A DNA stretch of 40,000 bases from NCBI RefSeq assembly GCF_014596745.1, contig NZ_JABTCF010000009.1, forward strand, positions 99,646-139,645, in the 5' to 3' direction. Shown one piece after another: positions 1-10,166 of this stretch. This DNA is from Maribacter aquimaris. Its GTDB lineage: Bacteria > Bacteroidota > Bacteroidia > Flavobacteriales > Flavobacteriaceae. Both the position numbers and the translations under genes were made by a program. Below the pieces are notes generated by a model. It saw only the letters and a list, made by a program, of their open reading frames with translations. It ran no database searches and was not told where the DNA came from. Position 1 is the first letter of the stretch. Each line of letters begins with the position of its first letter.

Positions 1-1
1 C

Positions 2-1000
2 ACGTGGCTTATCTGGAAACTTTCAAGGGGAAAAATGTTCATTACCGATGTATCCAACGCAAGTAGGACTATGTTGTTCAACATACATACCATGGCGTGG
101 GACAATGAATTGATGGAGTTGTTCAACATACCAAAAGCCATGTTACCCGAGGTTAAAGAAAGTAGTGAGATTTATGGTACTACGGCTACCACCCTATTCT
201 CCTCCAAAATTCCGATTGCGGGAATTGCAGGGGATCAACAAGCAGCCTTGTTCGGTCAAATGTGTACCAAACCGGGAATGGTTAAAAATACGTACGGCAC
301 AGGATGTTTCCTATTAATGAATACCGGTGATAAAGCGGTGTACTCAGAAAACAATCTTTTAACCACCGTTGCTTGGAAAATCAACGGTAAAACCACCTAT
401 GCCCTTGAAGGAAGTGTTTTTGTTGGTGGAGCCGCTATCCAATGGTTACGCGACGGCGCAAAAATGGTGAAAACAGCCCCAGGCATCAACCATTTGGCAG
501 AAACCGTGGAAGATAACGGAGGTGTTTATTTTGTACCGGCCCTAACGGGATTGGGAGCACCTTATTGGGACCAATATGCCCGCGGTGCCATGTTGGGTAT
601 CACCCGGGGTACCACAGATGCCCATATAGCAAGGGCAACGATAGAGGGTATAGCATTTCAAGTATACGACATCGTAAGGGCCATGGAAGCCGATGCAGGT
701 GAAAAAAGTATTGAACTACGCGTAGATGGTGGTGCAAGTGCCAGCGATTTATTAATGCAGATCCAAGCCGATTTGTTCGGATTTAAGATCATACGGCCCA
801 AAACTTTGGAAACAACAGTTATGGGCGCCGCCTATTTGGCAGGTTTGGCCGTTGGTTACTGGGACAGTATCGATGATATCCAATCCCAATGGGTTGTTGA
901 TAAGGAATTCTATCCAGAAGCTCCTAAAGAAAAAGTCGACAATATGTTGCATTACTGGCATAAAGCCGTTAAGTGTGCACAGCATTGGATCGAAGAGTAA
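2..1000 (+). CDS. glpK: Glycerol kinase, C-terminal ~332 codons (5' end lies outside the window)
   Basis: The frame is open from nt 2 (TWLIWKLSRGKMFITDVSNASRTMLFNIHT...). It carries FGGY/glycerol-kinase motifs (NASRTMLFNI, GDQQAALFGQ, GTGCF, VDGGAS) and is followed directly by glpF. Confidence 0.95.
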   Translation, partial: TWLIWKLSRGKMFITDVSNASRTMLFNIHTMAWDNELMELFNIPKAMLPEVKESSEIYGTTATTLFSSKIPIAGIAGDQQAALFGQMCTKPGMVKNTYGTGCFLLMNTGDKAVYSENNLLTTVAWKINGKTTYALEGSVFVGGAAIQWLRDGAKMVKTAPGINHLAETVEDNGGVYFVPALTGLGAPYWDQYARGAMLGITRGTTDAHIARATIEGIAFQVYDIVRAMEADAGEKSIELRVDGGASASDLLMQIQADLFGFKIIRPKTLETTVMGAAYLAGLAVGYWDSIDDIQSQWVVDKEFYPEAPKEKVDNMLHYWHKAVKCAQHWIEE

Positions 1001-1032
1001 TTAGTCATCAACAACTATAAAAACAGAAAATC

Positions 1033-1770
1033 ATGTCAATTTTAGTAGCAGAAATATTAGGCACCATGCTTCTTATGCTTATGGGTAACGGAGTTGTGGC
1101 CAATGCAGTATTGAAGGGCACCAAGGGTAATGGTGCTGGATGGATCGAAATCACCACAGCCTGGGCTCTGGGTGTCTTTATAGGAGTAGTCGTGGCAGGC
1201 CCCTATAGTGGCGCGCACTTGAACCCAGCGGTAACCATAGGTTTGGCAACTGCAGGTAAGATTTCTTGGACTGTCGTCCCTGAATATTTAGCGGGTGAAA
1301 TGATCGGGGCCATGTTAGGAGCGTTTTTAGTGTGGTTCTTCTATAAGGATCACTATAAAATCACTGATGATGAGGAAGGTATGTTAGCTTCTTTTTGTAC
1401 GGGACCGGCCATTAAGAACACTTTTTCCAACTTAATGAGTGAGATTATAGGAACCTTCGTTTTGGTCTTTGTAATATTCTATTTAGCTGGTCCGGAATTA
1501 GATATCACAGGAGATGTAGAAGCTCGTGCCATCATAGGTTTAGGCTCTATTGGGGCAGTACCCGTAGCCTTTCTTGTATGGGTCATTGGTTTGTCCTTGG
1601 GAGGAACAACAGGCTATGCCATTAATCCTGCCCGGGATCTAGGGCCCAGGATCATGCATTCCATTTTACCCGTAAAAGGTAAAAGTAATTGGGGTTATGC
1701 TTGGATACCCGTAGTGGGTCCTATCATCGGATGTGTAATTGCAGCCTACTTATATATGGCCTTAATGTAG
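1033..1770 (+). CDS. glpF: Aquaglyceroporin / glycerol uptake facilitator (MIP family)
   Basis: 245 aa and hydrophobic throughout, with two NPA boxes (HLNPAVTIG, AINPARDLGPR). It starts 33 nt after glpK. Confidence 0.9.
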   Translation: MSILVAEILGTMLLMLMGNGVVANAVLKGTKGNGAGWIEITTAWALGVFIGVVVAGPYSGAHLNPAVTIGLATAGKISWTVVPEYLAGEMIGAMLGAFLVWFFYKDHYKITDDEEGMLASFCTGPAIKNTFSNLMSEIIGTFVLVFVIFYLAGPELDITGDVEARAIIGLGSIGAVPVAFLVWVIGLSLGGTTGYAINPARDLGPRIMHSILPVKGKSNWGYAWIPVVGPIIGCVIAAYLYMALM

Positions 1771-1795
1771 CATATTCCCCTTATAGTAAACTACA

Positions 1796-2563
1796 ATGAA
1801 AAAAATACTTATAGTATTCGTAGCGCTGATCACAGTGCAAATGGGCTATGCCCAAAAAACAGAATCGAAAGACAGTCCGATAGACTTTAATGTTGATGTA
1901 AAAACGAACCATTTATGGAGGGGTTTGGTCATTACCGATAAACCCATGGCCGCTGTTTTCTCTCAATTGAGATTGAATGAATCGGGTAGTTTCACCACTG
2001 GTTTTTGGGGTGGAATGTCGTTCTCCAATGATGCCGACGGTACTTATTACAAAGAAATAAACTACTATATCCAATATGCCGAAAATGGCTTTTCCATTGG
2101 TCTGTGGGATTTATTCAATACCCGTAACGTAGCTACCCCTGATGTGTGGAATTACGATAAGAACACCACCACGCATTTATTGGATCTACGCACCTCTTAT
2201 ACCTTCAACGAAAGTTTCCCTTTACGTTTGGAAGCCGATGTGTTATTGTATGGTAGTGGCGATGCCCAATTGAATGATGATGGTGATCTAGAACAGCGCT
2301 ATTCTACCTATGTGGAAGTGTCTTATCCGTTGATCACAGAATCAAAAGTGAATTTAAGGAGCTTTGTAGGTGGTGCATTCTCTTTTAACGGGGATACGCA
2401 TTTATACGGTGATGGTAAGCAGAATTTCGATTTTGTGAATGTAGGCTTAACAGCCTCAAAAACCCTAAAATTTTCAGACGTAAACTTCCCGGTTTCAGCA
2501 ACAACTCTATGGAACCCTTCTCAAAAAATAGCAAGGGTACAATTAGCGGTTGGCTTATTTTAA
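1796..2563 (+). CDS. Uncharacterised secreted protein, probable outer-membrane beta-barrel; third gene of the glp operon
   Basis: Signal peptide MKKILIVFVALITVQMGYAQ; alternating aromatic/polar strands; C-terminal ...VQLAVGLF ends in Phe. It lies 25 nt after glpF and is followed by a terminator. Confidence 0.7.
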   Translation: MKKILIVFVALITVQMGYAQKTESKDSPIDFNVDVKTNHLWRGLVITDKPMAAVFSQLRLNESGSFTTGFWGGMSFSNDADGTYYKEINYYIQYAENGFSIGLWDLFNTRNVATPDVWNYDKNTTTHLLDLRTSYTFNESFPLRLEADVLLYGSGDAQLNDDGDLEQRYSTYVEVSYPLITESKVNLRSFVGGAFSFNGDTHLYGDGKQNFDFVNVGLTASKTLKFSDVNFPVSATTLWNPSQKIARVQLAVGLF

Positions 2564-2591
2564 TATTAGGTAGTTTCCCCAAACTTAGCAT

Positions 2592-2634
2592 AAAACCCGT
2601 GGTTCGAAGGTATGTTCAAACCGCGGGTTTTTAT
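2592..2634 (+). terminator. Rho-independent terminator of the glp operon
   Basis: AAAACCCGTGGTT ... AACCGCGGGTTTT is an inverted repeat with one mismatch, followed by a T-run. Confidence 0.6.
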
Positions 2635-2743
2635 GTTCATAACTAAAATGACAAGACCTAGTCCAACGCTATTCAATAGGGACAATACAAACAACCGCCT
2701 TTTTCAATTTACCCTGAACCGAGCGCTTTAATTTCCTTTTTTC

Positions 2744-3592
2744 TTATCTGTTTTTAAATAATCCGATCATTTCCATGGGGGATATATGCGGTCTTCCAGA
2801 GGCCTTTTCGAAATCAGATGGTACATCATTGGATCCATTCTTGATCCCTTCGTAAATTCCGGTGATGATGGTTCCCATGAATTCCCCCAACTCCTTTTTT
2901 CTGTCTTCCGCATAAGCTTCAACTGAAATAGGATTATAAGACAGGCTTGTCCCATACGCTTGATTGATCAATTTGGCCAGGTACTCTTGGGTGATTGGCT
3001 CACCTACCAAATTGTACACCAGCCCATTATGCTTTTCATGCAACAGCATTTGTGCATAGGCGTAACCCAATTCCTCCCTACTGGTATAGGCACATTTCCC
3101 TGTCCCCGCACAATTCTTGATTTCACCCGCTTTGACATACTGGTCTATGTATTCCAAATCGGGTTCGATATAAATTCCATTTCTACCAATGACCCACGCA
3201 AGGCCCGATTCCTGTATATCCTTTTCGGTTTGGCGATTACTTTGCACGACAGGACTAAAGGCCGTTTTATTTTCGTCTCCAATAATGCTGGTGTAAACAA
3301 TCTTATGAACCCCGTTCAGTTTTGCCGCTTCAATGACATTTCTATGCTGTTGTATCCTTTTCTGTGGGTCATCCATACCTGAAACCAAAAGAACCGCATC
3401 AATACCTTGTAATGCTTGATTAAAATGCTCTCGGTTATTGTAATCTCCCTCTCGGATTTCGATTCCCAGACGATGTGCTTTTTCGGGGGTCCGTGCAATA
3501 CCTATAACATTCTCTTTCCCGATTTCCTTTATTAGTTGCCGTACGATGGCCGACCCCAAATGCCCGCTAGCTGATGTTACTGCAATCTTCAT
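2744..3592 (-). CDS. NmrA-like / atypical SDR NAD(P)H-binding oxidoreductase
   Basis: N-terminal Gly-rich dinucleotide motif MKIAVTSASGHLGSAIV. 282 aa, with the length and layout typical of the NmrA/QorB-like family. Confidence 0.8.
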   Translation of the reverse strand: MKIAVTSASGHLGSAIVRQLIKEIGKENVIGIARTPEKAHRLGIEIREGDYNNREHFNQALQGIDAVLLVSGMDDPQKRIQQHRNVIEAAKLNGVHKIVYTSIIGDENKTAFSPVVQSNRQTEKDIQESGLAWVIGRNGIYIEPDLEYIDQYVKAGEIKNCAGTGKCAYTSREELGYAYAQMLLHEKHNGLVYNLVGEPITQEYLAKLINQAYGTSLSYNPISVEAYAEDRKKELGEFMGTIITGIYEGIKNGSNDVPSDFEKASGRPHISPMEMIGLFKNR

Positions 3593-3597
3593 ATCCG

Positions 3598-3798
3598 TTA
3601 TTTTTGCTTTGACTTAATGATCTCCAACTCCTTTTCAAGTTGCTCTGCCTTTGCTTTGAACTTTTCCATGGCCTTTTTAAGTTGACCTATTTTCTGGAAA
3701 GCTTCTTCATCTTGAATTGCCTGATAGGAAACGACCCCATCCTCTTCCTTGATCTTTGATTTACCGCCACATTTGGGGCACAATGCTACTTGACTCAT
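3598..3798 (-). CDS. Small hypothetical protein (CPKCGG zinc-ribbon-like motif plus coiled coil)
   Basis: The ATG at 3798 (MSQVALCPKCGGKSK...) is preferred over the ORF-track start at 3846. The gene ends 5 nt before the NmrA-like gene start, so the two are probably co-transcribed. Confidence 0.5.
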   Translation of the reverse strand: MSQVALCPKCGGKSKIKEEDGVVSYQAIQDEEAFQKIGQLKKAMEKFKAKAEQLEKELEIIKSKQK

Positions 3799-3911
3799 AA
3801 TTTTATTTTTTACAGGACAAAGTTCCGTTGTGTTTATCCTTTTCAAAAGGTAAATCCTTGCCTAAGAATGGTAAATATGGGAATAATATTCAAAAAATGG
3901 GGTTTTGCTCT

Positions 3912-4235
3912 TCAGCAATGTTTACATACGATAGCTAAACATCCTATACCAACATCATTCCTGAAACCTTTCACTAATGTATATTTTGACATCCAAGTCC
4001 TAATCGTGATTTTTTCCTTATATCTTGGATACCACTCCATTTGCATCATCCCAGAAACTAAAACCCAACCAATATTTTGTCCTCCCTATTGATACAGGCT
4101 AGGGTTAATGGAATAACAATGTTCTGCTGCCGTTTCCTCCAAAAGGGTTAAGATGGTCGTCGGCAATGCAAAACCATATTCGTTTATTTCAAAATATCGT
4201 AATTCAAATTCCTTTTCAAAATAGTTCTTGATCAT
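3912..4235 (-). pseudogene. Acyl-ACP thioesterase-like gene remnant (in-frame TAG, 3' truncation)
   Basis: My own translation from the ATG at 4235 reads MIKNYFEKEFELRYFEINEYGFALPTTILTLLEETAAEHCYSINPSLYQ, then TAG at 4086-4088. The same frame continues GGQNIGWVLVSGMMQMEWYPRYKEKITIRTWMSKYTLVKGFRN... and stops at 3912. The pattern fits the N-terminal hot-dog half of acyl-ACP thioesterases, and the remaining half of the gene is missing. Confidence 0.55.
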
Positions 4236-4441
4236 CTTTCCTTCCCCTATTGAATATTTCACTTATATGATGCAAAAACAATTGTATATCAGTACGATTA
4301 GGATGTAAACCATTGATCTTACCAACACCCCTAATTCAATCGATCTTCAAATTATATCGTTGATTTTAAAGCACCGATCCAATGTTTTTCATTGGCCCCA
4401 TTAGGTACTGCCTCGATGTTCAAAAGGAATTTACGGAATCA

Positions 4442-5728
4442 TTAATCGGTTTTTAAAACGGTTTTTATTTCGTTTAAATCCCCATCGATTTCATTCGGGA
4501 TTTCAAGACCTAAAATCTGACATACCAAAGGATAGATATGGATGTTTTTTATGGAAGGGATAACATAACCTTCCTTAAATGCGGGGCCATTGGCGTAAAA
4601 TATACCATGCATGTCCTTATACTTGGGATCGTATCCATGTACTCCAATCGCTGTAATCGATTTTTTCCTCAGGGTTTCAATACGTTCCTTACCCGAAAAA
4701 TAATATCCAAAATCGGGGATAACCTGAATGCTTCCCCAATCCTTGTTTCGTGGCTTATATTCAAAACCGGGGGTGTTTTCGGTCGTATAGACCTTAAAAT
4801 GGTCTTCCTTCGGTTTTAGGTATTCTAACATAGTATCCGTTGAAGTATTGTTTTTTGGATGAACGTTGAGAATCGCCCCATTGTCGACCACCGTATATAG
4901 GCTATCATTCACAAGATCCCCAACAGGTATCATATTCGCTGTGGGTAATGTTGCCATACCGTGGTCGGAAACTATGATGACGTTTATGGGCAGACCGGTT
5001 GCTTCAACACCTTTAAACAACTCCCCCAAATTTTCATCCAAAGCGAACAGGACTTTTTTTAATTGCGCATCATTATCTGGACTAAACTCATGTCCCACAT
5101 CATCCATATCGGAAAAATACAAGGTTATCATATGTGGTCTTTCCTTTTTGGGCAACGCAAACCATTTTAAGGTCTCGGCTACACGAACCTCATTTTTGAT
5201 TGCTCCATCGTACACCTGATAATAGGTGGGTCTTACGCCTTGTATATCAGCCTCTGAACCTACAAAAAAATAACTCGCAGATACCATATTCGCCTTATCC
5301 GCCTGCACCCAAAGAGGCGTACCGCCGTAAAAGGTGCCATCCTCTACCATTTCCCTATTGCCAATCTTATAGGTGACATCCTTTTTATTACTATAAAAAG
5401 AATTCCCGATTATGCCATGCTTATCAGGGTACATCCCGGTTGCGATGGTGTAGTGGTTCGGAAATGTTTTGGAAGGAAACGATGGGATCAACGACTCGGA
5501 CCGTACCCCTTTCCCAATAAATTCGGTAAGATGGGGAGGTTTGTATTTATCGACATAATCCCAACGAAAACCATCAAGGGAAACCAAGATCACATAGGGT
5601 TTTTGTAGTGAAGCTTTTGAATTCCTGGTCAATGTTGGTTCCGTTAGATTGGAACTGGATTTACAGGATGAAAAATTTAAGGTAATCAAAATTACGATAA
5701 GGGGGTATATGAAATTTCTTTGTGCCAT
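4442..5728 (-). CDS. Ectonucleotide pyrophosphatase/phosphodiesterase (NPP, alkaline-phosphatase superfamily), lipoprotein
   Basis: Motifs VSLDGFRWDY, SKTFPNHYTIATG (catalytic Thr region) and VSDHGM; signal/lipobox ...LNFSSC. Confidence 0.85.
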   Translation of the reverse strand: MAQRNFIYPLIVILITLNFSSCKSSSNLTEPTLTRNSKASLQKPYVILVSLDGFRWDYVDKYKPPHLTEFIGKGVRSESLIPSFPSKTFPNHYTIATGMYPDKHGIIGNSFYSNKKDVTYKIGNREMVEDGTFYGGTPLWVQADKANMVSASYFFVGSEADIQGVRPTYYQVYDGAIKNEVRVAETLKWFALPKKERPHMITLYFSDMDDVGHEFSPDNDAQLKKVLFALDENLGELFKGVEATGLPINVIIVSDHGMATLPTANMIPVGDLVNDSLYTVVDNGAILNVHPKNNTSTDTMLEYLKPKEDHFKVYTTENTPGFEYKPRNKDWGSIQVIPDFGYYFSGKERIETLRKKSITAIGVHGYDPKYKDMHGIFYANGPAFKEGYVIPSIKNIHIYPLVCQILGLEIPNEIDGDLNEIKTVLKTD

Positions 5729-5893
5729 TCAATTCAGTCTTTATGGTTTCCAGCGTAGTGGAAAGATTTGTTGATGTAATACACGGTTCGAAATAAATCC
5801 TGATTTCGACACCGCACATGTAGTTGATTTTTAAAAAAACCAAGGCAATTTAATTCAGGGTCAGGCCTTTCTTATGGTCAGTCCATAGCCCGT

Positions 5894-6739
5894 TCAATTC
5901 CCATACCGATCAAAAAATTCCCCAACATCCTTGATATCCCCGATACCTAAAATGGAGCAAACTTCAGACAAGTCGGAGAAATCCAATCCGCCTGCGGAAA
6001 CAGCATGATTATTGTACCTCCCATCCTTTCCATTGTATTGATTTGACAAATCTGTGGAAAGCCCCCATATTTCTTTCAATTTAGGATTCCCGACGTTATC
6101 TTTCCAATTGGTATAATCCGCATCACGAAATCCTGGGGTTCCATTTCCCACTGCATTACCATCCGGTATTTTCCAATAATCCGTGTTTTTCTTTACGAAA
6201 TCGAGGTCCTTTGGGGAAGTTGATTTTTCATTCCAATCACTGTGCTGCACGACATGTATGCGCTGTAATGTGTTTATTTTAGGCAAATCCTGTTGAATGG
6301 CCTTGACAAGTTCAGCCGTAAAATCGGATTGGCCCGCCTCCGCTATCCAGACATCCCCCTTACGTCTAAGGATTTTCTTTACTATGTCCTTGACTTTTTG
6401 AACGGCTAAATCCCTATTCTTATGGGCATCTGTCCAATTGTTTCCAAAAGAGAGCTGCATGAGATCATTTGGCGGAACGTATAAACCCTCTTGAATTCCA
6501 TAGGTTCCCGCAACCGCATGGTACTTCAATTTTGAAAAATCGGAATCAGCCACTAAAGTTGCCAATGCCGCCGCCGTATGAAGATCATCTACATCGGTTT
6601 TACAATCCAACTGTACCAATAGCAAGTCCTTTTTAATATTAAAGTCCTTCGATTTTATTTTCATGGTATTGATACTATGGGTTGTAAAGGATAATAACGT
6701 AGTTGCCATTGCAACGATTAGAAGCGATTTTGATTTCAT
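5894..6739 (-). CDS. Secreted hypothetical protein (possible nucleoside-hydrolase-like N-terminal Asp cluster)
   Basis: The start is placed at ATG 6739 (MKSKSLLIVAMATTLLSF signal peptide), not at the ORF-track start 6856. The DCKTDVDDLH motif is reminiscent of the DxDxxxDD box. Function is uncertain. Confidence 0.55.
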   Translation of the reverse strand: MKSKSLLIVAMATTLLSFTTHSINTMKIKSKDFNIKKDLLLVQLDCKTDVDDLHTAAALATLVADSDFSKLKYHAVAGTYGIQEGLYVPPNDLMQLSFGNNWTDAHKNRDLAVQKVKDIVKKILRRKGDVWIAEAGQSDFTAELVKAIQQDLPKINTLQRIHVVQHSDWNEKSTSPKDLDFVKKNTDYWKIPDGNAVGNGTPGFRDADYTNWKDNVGNPKLKEIWGLSTDLSNQYNGKDGRYNNHAVSAGGLDFSDLSEVCSILGIGDIKDVGEFFDRYGN

Positions 6740-6978
6740 ACGTATTAAAAATTGAAATTTTGAAATAGATTTTATAAAGTTAAGACGTTGTAGGGAAAAT
6801 TGACATCCAATGACCAACAAATATTGGTGCCTGAAAATCCTTTTTAATAACACCACTAATTTAATAGATTTTTAAAATATCCCTCAGGTTTTAAAGCACG
6901 GAACAGTGCCCTTTTTTAAGACATTTTGTTGATTGACCATAATACCTTCACTTTAGTCTTTAAGGATAAATTATCATA

Positions 6979-8469
6979 TCAATCAAAAATATGATCCTCG
7001 TAGGCTTTCCACCATTTTTCAATATCGACTTTTGGTTTTCTACAAATATAAAGTGGGATACCGTTCTCTTCGTCAATGGCATATTTGTGGGTGATTATCT
7101 TAACCAATTCAACGTCCTCAAAAACATGTTCCACAGATGGTTTTTCGTTGCCTAAACTGATCCAAACCTTGGCATCCTTATTGCCATAACCCCATGTCCA
7201 GAAAGTTCCGTGCCTACTAATGGGATCGGGTAGTCCATATTTTTTGCCCAATATTTTCAATGCGCCGGCCTCCCCATAATTTTCCGCCCAGAGTACACAA
7301 TGTTCCCTTTCATCAGCGCCCAAAGCGCGGTACACACTATCGACCAATCTTACTTGTTCTTCCCAACCGAACATATCGGCATAGTCACTGGTCAATGCTA
7401 TCCGCCCATTTTTATCTTCCTTAAGGCCCTTATAGGCCACATATTGTTCTATGGGCAATACAGGGGTTAGTTGTGGTATAAAATAAAGGGAAGGCGCTAA
7501 AACAAACGTCGCAATCACATACATCCAGATCGGTTTTTTTAAAAGCAAGGCCTCCAATTTGACCGCCCCGGCCGCAAAAAGGACCGGATATATACCAAAC
7601 ACATAATACGCCTTGGAATGTAGCGCCCATAGGGTGCAAAAAACAACCAAGACGCCTACCCCTACCCCCCTGTATTTGCTTAGGTTTTTACCGAATATCA
7701 TGGCCCCTAAACCAAAAAGACCTACTATCAGGGTGAACGGAAAGTCCAATTGCCCCAAACCGAAGGCCATCGGGTCCATATCATTCAATTGATAGACATT
7801 AAGGGCCTGTAAATGGGCTAAAAGCGGAAAGTCGTGCTGCACCTGCCAAATAAAATTGGGCAAGAAAATAAGCAGTGCGATCAAAGCCGAAATATAGAAC
7901 CATTTGTTTTTAAAGAGGTTGCCTTTTTGATAGAAAAACAGCCCGATCAATACCCCAAAGGCCCAAACGAACATGGTGTATTTGTTCAACAGCCCCAGAC
8001 CTAAGGTAATGCCTAAAAGAATCAGGAACCTTTTGTTTTGGGAATTGATAAACCTAATGATAAAGTAAAAACCCATGGTCCAGAATAATTGGTCAAAGGC
8101 CACGGGTTGAAACAAGGTGTGGTTGCGGTAAAAAGGAAGAAATGCCAATACACAGATTCCTGCAAGAAACACGGCCTTAAAACCACCTCCGAGTTCCTTG
8201 GCCATAAGACAACAAAGAATAAGGATGGCAACCCCTGCAAGTGTAGGAAATAGGCGTACACCCAACAGGGCGTAATCGAAAAACCAGTACGACAATTTAC
8301 CAAGGAAGGCGATAAGGGGCGGAAACTCCATAAAGCCCCAATCGAGGTGCTCACTCACCGATAAATGCAATAATTCATCACGATGGAAGCCGTAATTCCC
8401 ATTCCCCATCCATTGAACAATGAACTTAAACAATGCAAGAATCAGGATAATCGGTGCATATTTTTTCAT
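6979..8469 (-). CDS. GT-C fold glycosyltransferase (family 39/83, ArnT/PMT-like), polytopic membrane protein
   Basis: 496 aa with more than 10 hydrophobic segments, N-terminal GFHRDELLHL loop motif and a soluble C-terminal domain. Confidence 0.8.
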   Translation of the reverse strand: MKKYAPIILILALFKFIVQWMGNGNYGFHRDELLHLSVSEHLDWGFMEFPPLIAFLGKLSYWFFDYALLGVRLFPTLAGVAILILCCLMAKELGGGFKAVFLAGICVLAFLPFYRNHTLFQPVAFDQLFWTMGFYFIIRFINSQNKRFLILLGITLGLGLLNKYTMFVWAFGVLIGLFFYQKGNLFKNKWFYISALIALLIFLPNFIWQVQHDFPLLAHLQALNVYQLNDMDPMAFGLGQLDFPFTLIVGLFGLGAMIFGKNLSKYRGVGVGVLVVFCTLWALHSKAYYVFGIYPVLFAAGAVKLEALLLKKPIWMYVIATFVLAPSLYFIPQLTPVLPIEQYVAYKGLKEDKNGRIALTSDYADMFGWEEQVRLVDSVYRALGADEREHCVLWAENYGEAGALKILGKKYGLPDPISRHGTFWTWGYGNKDAKVWISLGNEKPSVEHVFEDVELVKIITHKYAIDEENGIPLYICRKPKVDIEKWWKAYEDHIFD

Positions 8470-8995
8470 GGATAGGTTTTGCCGTAAAATACAGTACCAT
8501 GGATTTGGTCTTTATTATACCGTTATAAATATAAGCGATTCATTTGTGAAGGGAAAGGGGAACAAAGGTCATACTGGAAAAGTTCTATCAAGAATAAGTA
8601 TTGGATGGTCTTAGATGACCGGGCAAAGGTTTTTTATACAGCAGGCTGTTGGGACTGCTTATTACCGAACTTCGACTTCAAAACCTTCAGTACTTTTTCC
8701 TAAAAAAAGACTTATACCTCTTGTGTTACAAGGCTATGGATAATAACTGATATTCTGTTAATTGGGTTTTAATAACCTATCTTTGGAATAGAATTGTTCA
8801 TCTGTTGATATTAATTGTCTCTTCGCTCCACTTCAGCGAATTGCCGAGGCTTTTTGTTTAAGCCCTTATTTTGGATTAATGAAACCCTAGTAGCTACTTA
8901 ATGCCTGATTACTAGCATATAACTATCTGATGTATTTTTAATATTACGATTTGCAAACGTCATTACCCTGCAACTCGTTTCAATTCCAAGAAGAT

Positions 8996-10150
8996 ATGGC
9001 TTTATTAAAAATGGGTGTTATTGGAACTTCCAAAAAAGAAGATGAAAGGCGGGTACCTATCCATCCAGAACATTTAAAAAGAATTCCGGAAACCATTCGA
9101 AGACAACTGATTTTTGAGAAAGGTTATGGCGCACCTTTCAAAATAGAAGACGAAGAAATCAGTGCCTTAACCGGTGGCATAGCCACACGGAGTGAGATAT
9201 TATCAGACATTGGTTCTGCCATAATCGCCAAACCTATCCTATCCGATCTGGAAGAGCTGAAAGATGGCGGCACTATTTGGGGATATCCGCATTGTGCACA
9301 GCAAATGCAAATTACACAAACGGCCATAGACAAAAAATTAACCTTGATTGCCTTTGAGGATATGTATGTGTGGTATCCCACTGGACAAATGGGAAGACAT
9401 ACCTTTTACAAAAACAATGAATTGGCCGGATATAGTGCCGTGAATCACGCATTGCAGCTAAGAGGAATAAATGGTCATTATGGAAACCAAAGGAAAGTGA
9501 TCATCTTTAGTTTTGGAGCAGTAAGTAGAGGAGCCATTTATGCCTTGAAATCACAAGGCTTTAGGGATATTACCATCTGTATCCAAAGACCGGATCATGA
9601 GGTTAGGGAGGAAGTCCTTAATGTACACTATGTCCGAATTAGAAAAGGAAACGAAAATGAACCTCGACTGATAGTTGTGGAGCACGATGGTTCAGAGCGA
9701 CCTTTGCTGGATTTAATAAACGAATCTGGAATAATAATCAATGGCACATATCAGGATACGGATGACCCCATTGATTATGTCCAGGAACATGAAAAATCCA
9801 TGCTTAAACCTGGGACACTAATCATAGATGTTAGTTGTGATGAAGGGATGGGATTTTATTTTGCAAAACCTACAACGTTTAAAAACCCGATCATAGCAAT
9901 CGATAAAATTGATTACTATGCCGTGGATCACACACCAAGTTATTTTTGGGAAAGTGCTTCCCGATCTATTTCAGCCGCATTAATGGTTCATGTGCCAGCT
10001 GTGGTATCCGGCCGCGAAAGTTGGGATGAAAATATGACTATTAAAAATGCCATTAATATTGATAAAGGCGTCATCTTGAAAGACACTATTCTAAGGTTTC
10101 AAAATCGCGATTCCAATTACCCGCATTTAATAAATGCCCCATTGAATTAA
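8996..10150 (+). CDS. Alanine dehydrogenase/PNT-family dehydrogenase (N5-(carboxyethyl)ornithine synthase / saccharopine dehydrogenase-like)
   Basis: N-domain motif KKEDERRVPIHPEHL and Rossmann-like stretch KVIIFSFGAVSRGAIYAL. The ATG at 8996 (MALLKMGVIG) is preferred to the TTG at 8951. Confidence 0.7.
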   Translation: MALLKMGVIGTSKKEDERRVPIHPEHLKRIPETIRRQLIFEKGYGAPFKIEDEEISALTGGIATRSEILSDIGSAIIAKPILSDLEELKDGGTIWGYPHCAQQMQITQTAIDKKLTLIAFEDMYVWYPTGQMGRHTFYKNNELAGYSAVNHALQLRGINGHYGNQRKVIIFSFGAVSRGAIYALKSQGFRDITICIQRPDHEVREEVLNVHYVRIRKGNENEPRLIVVEHDGSERPLLDLINESGIIINGTYQDTDDPIDYVQEHEKSMLKPGTLIIDVSCDEGMGFYFAKPTTFKNPIIAIDKIDYYAVDHTPSYFWESASRSISAALMVHVPAVVSGRESWDENMTIKNAINIDKGVILKDTILRFQNRDSNYPHLINAPLN

Positions 10151-10166
10151 CATAGTCGTTTTAACA

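Noticed and set aside
2598-2612. GGTTCGAA (T-loop-like) sequence as a possible tRNA
   Set aside because: The flanks do not form T-arm or acceptor pairings. The motif is the loop region of the glp operon terminator hairpin.
4086-4088. In-frame TAG codons (4086-4088, 10491-10493) as evidence of stop-codon reassignment or recoding
   Set aside because: TAG terminates bona fide genes exactly where homologues end (glpF 1768-1770, xerD 16563-16565). Both TAG-containing genes also carry deletions or truncations, so they are pseudogenes.
3790-4092. Track ORF 3790-4092 (+), 100 aa
   Set aside because: It overlaps the start of the small minus-strand gene and lies antisense to the thioesterase remnant. 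It has no motifs and an implausible composition.
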